This document shows, piece by piece, positions 14,501-23,721 of a stretch of 64,000 nucleotides of DNA. The stretch comes from Podarcis bocagei. Taxonomy: Eukaryota. Numbering within the stretch: the stretch's first letter is position 1; each line of letters opens with the position of its first letter. The stretch is taken from assembly GCA_964188305.1 (NCBI GenBank), contig OZ076895.1, one strand, 5' to 3'. The notes beneath the pieces are model-generated. The model searched no databases. It was given only the letters and a program-made list of their open reading frames with translations, and was not told the origin of the DNA. The translations under genes and the position numbers were made by a program.

Positions 14501-17500
14501 CAACCAGGATTTGACTCCTGATTACACCATGGAAAGCCACCAGCGGGACCATGAAAGCTATGTGGCTTGTTGCCGGAACCATCGGCGACGGGCCAAGGCA
14601 TTGCTGGATTTTGAGCGCCATGATGATGATGAACTGGGCTTCCGTAAGAATGATATCATCACGGTACGATGGTCGGGACCAACAGAATGGTAGCATCATG
14701 TAGGGGGGTGGAGAAATCAGACATTATATGAATAAGGAACAACAAACAGAGTGAAGTTTGGTTTTTTCTGCAGTATACACTAAAAATAATTGGGGGCAAC
14801 TTCCACTACGTGGGCATCTCAGCTCAGATTCCATATTTGCTCCCATACATTGCTTGCTGCTCCTCTTTTTCCTCCGTATGATCAAATCTCTTTCCCTCCT
14901 TTCAATTGCTGCAGATCATCTCTCAGAAGGATGAGCACTGTTGGGTGGGAGAGCTGAATGGCCTGAGAGGTAAGTGCAAATGGGATTTGTGAGGTGGGAA
15001 TCTGCTCACCCCCAAACAATAATATTAAATCTATTGGGGGGGGGGGCTACCTTCACAGCCTGTGCCACAAATACTGTTTGCTTATATACAGGCTGATACC
15101 AAGACTAGATTCCTATCCTGATATTTCCCTGCTCTTTATAGGTTGGTTTCCTGCAAAGTTTGTGGAAGTTCTGGATGAACGGAGCAAAGAGGTAAAGTTT
15201 CCATATTAAATTTATGGTCCTGCTTCCTGCCATTAGTGTCTACTGTTCTCTGGATCCTTGTAAAGGACATGGTGGGGAAACAGACACTGAGAAGCAGAGT
15301 TTGGGTCTGGGTGAGTGGGAATCACATGCTGGAAAAGTGCATATCTCTTAGTCACCCAATGACAATCTGGGTTACCGGAACACAAAACCATTAAATATCT
15401 CATTCTGTGCAAGCTTTGTGCACTGTATGTTTCAGATTTGGGAAATAGGAGATACCGTTATTCCCCTACCCCAGTGGGAGAGGTAGACCATATAGGAATA
15501 AGGTGACAAATCCAAGCTGACTCAATAAATCCGTGGCAAAGCCAATAATTTATATTTGGGACGACTGAAGATAAAACCAGATTTGCCAGCAACCAGTTGG
15601 GAGGGGCAGTGAAAAGTTTAGCAAAGGGGATAGTCTAACAGCTTCATTCATATTCTTGCTAGCCAGGTGACTGGAGGACCTTGGTAATGCAAACTGTGAG
15701 CTTATTAAACTATTTTGTCATATGGACTTTGCGGTTGCCTGGGCATCCTCCTATGAAATAGCGGGGCGGGCATATGTAACAGCATTCACAAATAGTATCG
15801 TAAAGATCTACCATATGTGTCTTTCTGTTTGCTGTGGCTTCTCATCCATTAATGGAGGCTGTGCTCTTGTTTCTCCAAGTATTCCATTGCTGGAGATGAC
15901 TCTGTCACTGAAGGTGTGACGGACTTGGTTCGAGGGACACTCTGCCCAGCCCTCAAAGCCATATTTGAACATGGGCTGAAGAGGCCATCTCTGCTGGGGG
16001 GGCCCTGCCACCCCTGGCTCTTCATTGAAGAGGTAAGAGAGGCACTTGGTGTCTGCAGGGTCTTTAGAAATAGTATGGCAAGTACATGAGACCTCTGTGC
16101 AGCTGGCAAGTACAGAGGCTTCTGGGAGAGTGTAGTAATTGTGGGGGGGACGGACACGTGCCGGTCTGTCACAATAAGAGACAGCCATATCAATAACTGT
16201 GCTTGTGTGCTCTTCTCTATCTAGGCTGCTGGGCGAGAAGTGGAGCGTGACTTTGACTCTGTGTATTCTCGTCTTGTGCTCTGCAAGACCTACAGGTAAA
16301 TGTTTCTCTCATCAGTCTAGTGAATTAGATGTTCCCTGTCCGTCATGTACCCTTCCTTCTGATACTTATTTTTCTTGTAATGTTTTAACATACTGCCTTG
16401 TCAAACAGATAAACAACTGTTTGACATTTAGAAGACCTAAGGTTCAGGGAAGTTTTCCACAGTCAATGTTTTATTGTGTTTTTATTATTTTGTTGGGAGC
16501 CACCCAGAGTGACTGAGGCAACCCAGTCAGATGGGTGGCATATAAATAATTCAGTGGTGGTGGTTATAGGCCAGGTTATTGATGTAGGATGGGCTAGCCA
16601 GTGTCTGCTGCAGAGATTACTTGCCAAATGAGGCTTTCTTCAGAGGGCTACAAGCTTTTAGTGGTGTAAGTTCCTAGCCAAGTGGCCTGTGTTGAAATTT
16701 GCAAGGACTACTGAGAATCTTCTTTGAAAGGAACTGTTGCTTCTATCCTGTGTGTGGCACTGGGTAGGGCAAACGTCTGACCCTCGCTTGTTTGGTATCA
16801 GCTGGATCTGTTAATTTACTGTTCTAGGTTGGATGAAGATGGGAAAGTGCTAACTCCAGAGGAGCTGCTTTATCGGGTAAGATGTTCTAGTGTTTTAATT
16901 GGCTGTGGTGATGTCATGAAGGTGTCTTTATGATGGGACAGTTTGTTTTCAGGGTCTAATGATGGGGACCTGTGATGAGCCCAGAGGGCTGTGTCTTCCA
17001 GCAGGTGGCAATCTAGAGTCCTTTCACTCTCATTGCCTCTAAGGCCCAAATGCTTTGGTTAGAATACCTTCTGCATGCAGTTTGAGCTTTTTGGCTCCCA
17101 GGAGATAAAGGCTGCTGAGTAAGAATCCATATAACTCCCTTTTCCCCCTTTGCAGGCGGTGCAGTCTGTCAACATGTCCCATGATGCAGTACATGCCCAG
17201 ATGGATGTGAAGCTTCGTTCTCTTATCTGCATTGGACTGAAGTGAGTCTTCCAGTTCTTTTTCATACAAGGCTGCATTTGCTAGCAGAGAACAGGAGCCT
17301 AATGGGTGGCTTAGATTGGGCCTCATCAGCAGGGGCTGTGAGCTGTCAGCCTAAGGTGTGATCTGCTCTACTGCTTCCGAGCCACAAGGTCTTCCACCTT
17401 TTATTTTCCCTGAGTTTCCTTATGCAGTGGCAATGGAACATGTGTGTGTGCTAGTAACTTTCCTTGTGCTTTGTTTTTCAGTGAGCAGGTGCTGCATTTG

Positions 17501-19259
17501 TGGCTTGAGGTGTTGTGCTCTAGCCTGCAGACTGTGGAGAAATGGTTCCATCTCTGGTCATTCTTGCGCAGTCCTGGCTGGGTGCAGATCAAGTGTGAGC
17601 TCAGGTGGGTGGAACCTCCTTTTCCCCACTTTATTTTACTGCCCAACTCCACCTCCTGGTAGCTGCAGCCTTATGTAAGTGAATGAAATCATACTTGGCT
17701 ATGTCATACAGGGAGAGAGGGTATGCTAATTGCTTTCATTGCCCAATCTTAGCCTCCTTGGGAGGAATAGGTCTTTATGAGCAAGGCTAATAGCAGTACA
17801 TTGTGATAAGCTCATCAGTCATTATCCTAGCAGAATAGGATTTGATTCCCCCCCCCCCCAGCCCTTGCCATCATACACCACCAAACCTCCTTGGTTGCCA
17901 CAGCCAGCATCTCCAGAAAAATAGAAAATAACCAGTTGTCACAGCTCACATGAAGATGCATCAGCCAGGCTGGCTCATGGAAGAGTAAAATAAGGGCTCA
18001 TCCACCCTTCTGCTTGCCCCAACACTTTCCCAATCCCTGTTTGCTGCTGGATTGGGTCAATCTGCAGAAAACCTGATGTTCCATTTCAGCGGCAAATGCG
18101 ATTTTCCCAGGGGAAACCAGTGGGGCAAGCAGAAGTGTGGACAACTACTAAGAGGGAACTGCTCAGAGTTTCTACATTGGGAAGGCTTTTTGCCTGAATG
18201 AGAAGACATAAACACAGGGGAACGGGTACACTTGCGCTTCAGCTGTAGTAGAGCCGAGTAGAAAGCAAACTACAAAGGAGTTAGTCTGCGTGCAGCAAAA
18301 CTAGGAGAAAACGTATTGATTACTGAAGTACCTGAGTTTTGTATTTCATAAGGACAGTTAGACCTGGAAGCATGCTTATTCTGTTAGGTAAATCATACAA
18401 CTTGTCTCCTATGTTCTTACACAGCCGTCAATTGTGACCGTGGCACTGCCAAGTGCTCTAAGTAAGGATGCTGGGAATCCTCTTTTTAAAATGAAGTATT
18501 GTCTCTTAAATAGATATATTTCACATCAGCTGTGTTAAATGTGAGGTGACTAAACAATTCATGTCTAGATTTTTCTCGTGTTTTTTAAAGAGCCACTTTT
18601 AAAAAACACCACCAAGCACCCACGCCTGTTTTCTTTCTTGCTTCTTCACTTCTTTAGAATGTCAAATGACTTGAAGACTTGATTTGTGGCAGTAGACAGA
18701 TAACAATGTTTTGCAGTTCTTGTTTATGGAACAAGCACAATTTTTAACTGTAAGAACAGAATGAAATAAATGTGTCAGAACTTAATGTGAGTTTCAGTTT
18801 GATTACTTTGCCTATAGTGTTTGCATAGCCCTCCTTTTAAGCTCTCTTAATGGTTGATATGTTCTGTTGCAGAGTCCTCAGTAAATTTGCATTCAGCCTT
18901 TCTCAGGATTGGGAACTCCCTGTAAAAAGAGAGGTAAGCATGTGTCCCTTTAGTCAATCAACAGCCCATGCATTTGCATCAACCCCAGTTTAGGGTTAGA
19001 CTGTGTTCTCTCTTATATTTGCATAGGGGGCTGAGGTACAGCAGGCTAATCTTTGCCCCAGCCTGGACCCTTTTGTTTTCCGGGATGGTATGGTGGTGGG
19101 CCCTGAAGCACACACACACACAGTACATACATATTAGCGACAATGTATGTGGAAAAACCCTTTGCCTTCCTTTTTTAGGAGAAGAAGAAACCACTGAAGG
19201 AAGGAGTCCAGGACATGCTTGTGAAGCACCATCTCTTTAGCTGGGACATAGATGGGTGA
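2532..19259 (+). CDS. SGSM3: Small G protein signaling modulator 3 (TBC/RabGAP, SH3, RUN domains); complete spliced CDS, 21 coding exons, 2256 nt, 751 aa
   Basis: Exons joined by splice sites and phase: 2532-2538, 3618-3703, 4925-4991, 5830-6038, 6139-6246, 7971-8114, 9973-10168, 10851-10996, 11559-11783, 12376-12430, 14156-14283, 14508-14663, 14915-14969, 15142-15191, 15880-16032, 16225-16295, 16828-16876, 17156-17241, 17482-17604, 18873-18933, 19179-19259. The frame stays open from [29 protein letters not shown] to [10 protein letters not shown], matching recalled SGSM3. Next to MRTFA, as in human. Confidence 0.97.
3618..3703 (+). CDS. SGSM3: SGSM3 exon ([29 protein letters not shown])
   Basis: tag/gtac boundaries, peptide match. 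Confidence 0.93.
4925..4991 (+). CDS. SGSM3: SGSM3 exon ([22 protein letters not shown]), GC donor
   Basis: ccag acceptor; AG|gcaagg donor is required by the phase of the next exon. Confidence 0.9.
5830..6038 (+). CDS. SGSM3: SGSM3 exon (DGAEPNSS...GIPHSMRPQ)
   Basis: cag/gtgaag boundaries, start of TBC domain. Confidence 0.95.
6139..6246 (+). CDS. SGSM3: SGSM3 exon ([12 protein letters not shown]...IAAKQ)
   Basis: cag/gtgggt boundaries. Confidence 0.95.
6862..7073. mobile_element. PIF/Harbinger-type MITE
   Basis: Long imperfect inverted arms (ggcagat...atttaaagtacatc / gatgtgctttaaat...atctgcc) flanked by TTA on both sides. Confidence 0.65.
7971..8114 (+). CDS. SGSM3: SGSM3 exon (IEKDLLRT...GYCQGTGM; TBC catalytic motifs)
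   Basis: IxxDxxRT and YxQ motifs; tag/gtaaat boundaries. Confidence 0.96.
9973..10168 (+). CDS. SGSM3: SGSM3 exon ([16 protein letters not shown]...QEHDI)
   Basis: tag/gtgaga boundaries. Confidence 0.95.
10851..10996 (+). CDS. SGSM3: SGSM3 exon ([10 protein letters not shown]...GMLSMK)
   Basis: cag/gtaacc boundaries. Confidence 0.95.
11559..11783 (+). CDS. SGSM3: SGSM3 exon ([12 protein letters not shown]...VNLSK)
   Basis: cag/gtttgt boundaries. Confidence 0.94.
12210..12266 (+). repeat. (TATG)n microsatellite at the end of an L2-like 3' tail (about 12040-12210)
   Basis: Tandem repeat following tgtaagctgccttgagc...gaaggtggcatagaaataaaa. Confidence 0.8.
12376..12430 (+). CDS. SGSM3: SGSM3 exon ([18 protein letters not shown])
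   Basis: cag/gtaagg boundaries. Confidence 0.94.
14156..14283 (+). CDS. SGSM3: SGSM3 exon ([12 protein letters not shown]...KSCSI)
   Basis: cag/gtgagt boundaries. Confidence 0.95.
14508..14663 (+). CDS. SGSM3: SGSM3 exon (DLTPDY...RKNDIIT; start of SH3)
   Basis: cag/gtacga boundaries; ALLDF SH3 motif. Confidence 0.95.
14915..14969 (+). CDS. SGSM3: SGSM3 exon ([18 protein letters not shown])
   Basis: cag/gtaagt boundaries. Confidence 0.95.
15142..15191 (+). CDS. SGSM3: SGSM3 exon ([17 protein letters not shown])
   Basis: tag/gtaaag boundaries; SH3 GWFP motif. Confidence 0.95.
15880..16032 (+). CDS. SGSM3: SGSM3 exon (YSIAGDDS...PWLFIEE; start of RUN)
   Basis: aag/gtaaga boundaries. Confidence 0.94.
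16225..16295 (+). CDS. SGSM3: SGSM3 exon ([23 protein letters not shown])
   Basis: tag/gtaaat boundaries. Confidence 0.95.
16828..16876 (+). CDS. SGSM3: SGSM3 exon ([17 protein letters not shown])
   Basis: tag/gtaaga boundaries. Confidence 0.95.
17156..17241 (+). CDS. SGSM3: SGSM3 exon ([10 protein letters not shown]...CIGLN)
   Basis: cag/gtgagt boundaries. Confidence 0.95.
17482..17604 (+). CDS. SGSM3: SGSM3 exon (EQVLHLWLE...IKCELR)
   Basis: cag/gtgggt boundaries. Confidence 0.95.
17994..18148. mobile_element. PIF/Harbinger-type MITE
   Basis: TIR gggctcatccacccttctgcttgcccc / ggggcaagcagaagtgtggacaactac, TAA on both sides. Confidence 0.65.
18873..18933 (+). CDS. SGSM3: SGSM3 exon ([20 protein letters not shown])
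   Basis: cag/gtaagc boundaries. Confidence 0.94.
19179..19259 (+). CDS. SGSM3: SGSM3 last coding exon ([26 protein letters not shown])
   Basis: ttttttag acceptor; TGA at 19257-19259. Confidence 0.95.
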   Translation, partial: EKKKPLKEGVQDMLVKHHLFSWDIDG

Positions 19260-20673
19260 TTCTTTGGCCTCAGTTTGGACTTCTTGGATGACATCAAACC
19301 ATTGGCATATTCTCCTCCCTCGCAGCCTGTTCCCCCTTCAGTCTGTCCCTCTCACCAACAGTCTTTGCTTGTCAAGAGTTCTCTTGTGGACTGGTATCAG
19401 TTTGCTTAACAGGTGGGCAGTAGCATATTGAAGAGAGCAGGGGTTGTGCTGCATTGTTTGAAACTGTGGCTGTCTAGCTTCCCTCTCCCATGGTGTCACT
19501 AACTTGATTGTGCAGAGCATGTGCATATTATGGAAGTAATGTACCACTCAGGAGTCTGTGCCCCTTGGATACCAAGCCTGTTCAAGGCCTGCTGGTCTGG
19601 GCAAGAGGGAAGACAGTAATGTTAGACAGAAAGTTGTCTAGGTGTGGTGTACAGCAAGAGTGGATTCCCCCAAGGGTAACCAGTCTAGCTGTTAAGATTC
19701 ATTTATGGCAGGGAGAGGAGACCAACAGATTCCAAGTTCCTCCAAGGCTCACTTTATTCATGATGGTTCTTACATACGCTAACATGTGAAACACCCCTTA
19801 TTAGTGTGTGTCTGAAAGAGAAACTGTGATTCATGACTAGTTTTCCCAGGTGCTACAGTGTATGAATGGCTGGGCTACTGCCACAAAGTGCCTAAAATGG
19901 CTAGCTGGTTTAAAACTGCCTTGGGTGGAGCAGCAGGAGCCTAGCCTTTAATTCTGGCTCTTAGCTGAACAGCATCAGTTCATTTTAGCCTGGAACTTTG
20001 TAAAAAAAGAGAGAGATTACCAAAAGATGTAAAATGTATCCAGAAATCTCTGTATATTTTGATGTAGCTTAGCAGGAAATGGATTCAGGACCGAGATGGC
20101 TCAGGGAGTCAACTGCAACCTACACTGATGATGATGGTAGAGGCTGCAAGACAGGAGCACAATCACTTGTCATTTTGGTTTCTAAGTAAATTGCACATCT
20201 TGTGACTAAGACAGTAATAGGGAAGTAGGACTGCTTTTCAGATGCCTTTAGCCTTATTTCTGTTCTCCTGAGTTATGTGGAAGTATTAGTAGTTGGAAGG
20301 AAAAATTGACACTTCTGCGAATGATTCTAGGATTTGAATGTTAAGTAAATCAGCCTTGAAATATTGTGTTTCTTATTCAGTGAATAGTACTGTTACAGTC
20401 TGGTCAGCTAGAATATACTGACTGTGACCTGGATGAGAATAGATTGCAAGCCCCTTTCCCCATAGTTGCATTCTGTTCTACTACTGGATAATTTGCCACA
20501 CTTCTTTCAAGGGCTGTTTCTAGGAAGGAGAAACTGTCACAATAGTGTGAAATGGCTCTTCATCCCTCCACAAATGTTGAATGCCTTTGCTGTCTTTTCA
20601 CCATGGCACGTATCAGTATCCATTATGCCATGACCAAAGATGAGATGTACAAAGATGTTACAACACAATTTTT

Positions 20674-20682
20674 TTTAATAAA
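20674..20682. terminator. Candidate poly(A) signals: AATAAA (+, 20677-20682, SGSM3) overlapping ATTAAA (-, 20679-20674, MRTFA)
   Basis: TTTAATAAA holds the first canonical hexamer I found downstream of each stop codon (manual scan). Confidence 0.6.
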
Positions 20683-23209
20683 ATGGATTTTTCAAATAAC
20701 TGAAAAAATAATTTGATTTATCCATAATATTCATTCCATACCCTTTTCCAGTTGCATGTTCACTCCAGGTCCAATACTATAGCACTGCGTAAGCCTCTTG
20801 TGGGTGCTGATAACCCCTTTCATTGATGCATAGTGGAATAAGTGTGCGTGCTAATCAAATACAAGCAGTGGTTATCAGCAGAAGAGTGCGTACATTCAAA
20901 CCAAAGGAAGACCCTTAGACTCTTGTTTTACTTTGGGGATATAAAAGGAGAATTAGGGAACTTATTTTATAAGCCATGTGTTTTTAGACACTGGCAAAAA
21001 ACCCATCTTAATACCAGTCACTTTCTCGTTCCACAAAAGAGTAGTATTCCTAAAATGGGCTTAACCCATAGCACTTTTCTTCATAATTTTATACTAGACA
21101 TGTTTACCCTTTCAAAACCAGGCAGCTGTTGAGGATAGCACTTTCAGCACAAACCCACTGCTGCTGCTAAAGCAGCCCTGATCTGGCCAACAAGTACTTT
21201 CCAGTCTAAACTCATTAACTGCTCTTAGTCTGAAAACAGGTAAGATGATACTACTGAACCAGATCCTCTCCCCACAATAAGTTGGCTTATTCTGCTTTTC
21301 TATACTGTGAACAATCCCAAGTCTAGATCCAACCTTCCCAATCAGTGATAGACTGAGTGACAATATTAGTAGTACGTCTTGAAGAGTATACAAGAGATAC
21401 GCCACCTTCAGCAGCCATTAATCTAATTTCCAAAACAGTCATATTTTACTGAATGAAATAAGACTCACGTGCAGTTGGCCATTTCAGGATAATGGCTAAT
21501 CACATAACTAATATTCTCTTCAATTCCATTCATCATAAAAGGGGGTGTTTAGGATATGTTATGTAGACTTGATAAAATATAAGATAAACAGAAGGGGCTC
21601 CTGGATCCTGTCAAATGACAGGACCCTCCTTCCTTCTGCTTTGGGGTGAAAGGCAGTGCCAGCAGACACATTTAACTACGTATTTTCTATGGGAGGGAAA
21701 GAGACTAATAGAAATACAATTTCCTTTGAGTGACATGTGCAATAAGGCTAAAGCTGGTAGTCTAAGGACCAAATCCTCTTTCCCACCAAACCACAGGCTA
21801 AAATACCAGCTCCCCAACAGTTTACCACACAGTAGGAGCTAAAGGGAAGTAACTACCCCCTAACCAGGTAGATAACTTCATCTGCTTTCCAAAAACAAAA
21901 CAAGTTTTATAATGGCTATATACAGAAATTTTACCAGCTATAAATGAAACCAGCTATCAAGAGGCAAGACTGTGGTTTCTAACCATTCTCTTAACCACAC
22001 AGCAGCAGGGACTATGGCTACAGGAAAGTTCCTCTGTGCAATGAAAGACATGCAACTCCTTGGGCAAGCAGCACCAAAAACACTTGCCTCAGAGAGGAGG
22101 TTAGTGCTCATGCTCTCGGAGATCAGCTGAACTCTCCAAACGGAAGTGGAGCCACAACCCTTAACCTACAGCCAAGACCAGACATCCCCATGACACCAAC
22201 CTCCAGATCAGAGAAAGCTACACTTCATATGCAGGAAAACCCTTGGGATGAGTAGCTGAACTGAAACACATGAGCAGCATAAGCACTAAGAACAGGAGCA
22301 TAGTGCAGCTCATCTGCTCCAGTGCTTATGTTTCCCAAAGGCCCAAACTTCACAGAGCGCCACCACTTGGAACAAGTAAGTTCTAGCCAACTAGGTTTCC
22401 TAGGCAGGGTTATTAAGAGGAGGTGGCAGAGCTATTAAAGGGGGCTAGGAGTATCATCCCCGATGCAGCTGTCTTGATTCATAACCAAATGAGTACCTGA
22501 GACAACAATGTCAGGTGAGATACAACAGCTAGGGCATACAGCCGCCTCTTAAGTTTTAGTGGAACAAGGGCTACATGCAGGAATTAGCAGGCCAAAGGAA
22601 GATGGCTATTATCTAAGCTGTGGCACATAACTTGGGCTTGGCTTTCTTGCCAGGCAGAAAGCACCTATACTATGGCATTGTTAGGGAAATGCTCTTGGAA
22701 CAGGATCCTCATCCATATAAGCAGAAACCTCATTAGTCCTATACTCATCCTCCCACCTCCTCATCTCCAAAGATGGCCAAATTAACTTTTGCCAAGTTTA
22801 AAAAAAGCACAGTTGCTTTCTAACAAGGCAGACTGAAGGTCAGGAAGGAAGCCTGGTTTCTCCAGTAAGTTCTTCCAAACTGCTTTTGATTCTTGGCTTC
22901 GAACTAAATCCTCAACCCCACCCAGAGGCAGCATTCCATTCTGAAAACCTCCAACAAGTCATACAACTGGTACGACCACTGAACATTTGAGGAAAGGACC
23001 ATGCCTTAGTCCACCAATAGCTATGAGAAGTGTGGTAGCTTGCCTGAGGTTGAATCAGAAGACATCACTGGTACGTGCCCTTGGCTCTAGCTTCATGAAA
23101 GCTGGTCAAAATGCAGGGCTCTTAAGAAAGAGGCAACTTTCACTTAAGAGCCCATCCATGTCCTACAACCCAGCTGTACTGCTCCCCTGAAGTCTGCATG
23201 CTCAGAGAG

Positions 23210-23721
23210 CTATAAGCAAGAATCCCAGTGCAGCTGTAAATCATGTCCATCAAGGAAATCTGTGGAGAAGAGGCTAGGTGTTGCAGTACTGAGGGGGGTG
23301 AGGCTCATCACTGGCCCTCCTGACAGCTCCAACCAATCCATACTGTCCAAGTTAGCCTCTCCCAGGTCCAAGCTTGGTTCCCCAGTAGACTCAGGGGCAA
23401 AGTGCAATTCTGATGTGTCCATAGGTGAAGATGGGTGGTCCAGGATAGCTGAACTGCTTAGCATCTCGCTGTAGAGGTCAATTAGGGATAGAGGCTCAGG
23501 TCCATCAGGGCCAGCTGTTAGCAAGGGGAGGCCAGTGCTGCTTACCAAGAAGTCTTCCAGCCTGCCTGCTGGGGTGGGATTAATAGAGCTGGTGTGGCTC
23601 ATGGGCACCTGCAGGGGGAGCTCTGAGGAATGGTGGCTGTTGGACGGAGAAGGGCATCCTGGGGAAATAGTGGCGCCTTTCCTTCCTGGGGAAGATTGCT
23701 CCTTGAACTGAGCTGAAATCT
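23210..23721 (-). CDS. MRTFA: MRTFA last coding exon, transactivation domain (EISAQFKE...HWDSCL*)
   Basis: ctctcag acceptor; TAG at 23212-23210. Confidence 0.96.

Noticed and set aside
11376-21058. Perfect CArG boxes (11376 CCTTTATAGG; 19891 and 21049 CCTAAAATGG) as SRF/MRTF autoregulatory sites
   Set aside because: A few CC(A/T)6GG matches are expected by chance in 64 kb of AT-rich DNA, and these are neither clustered nor near a promoter.
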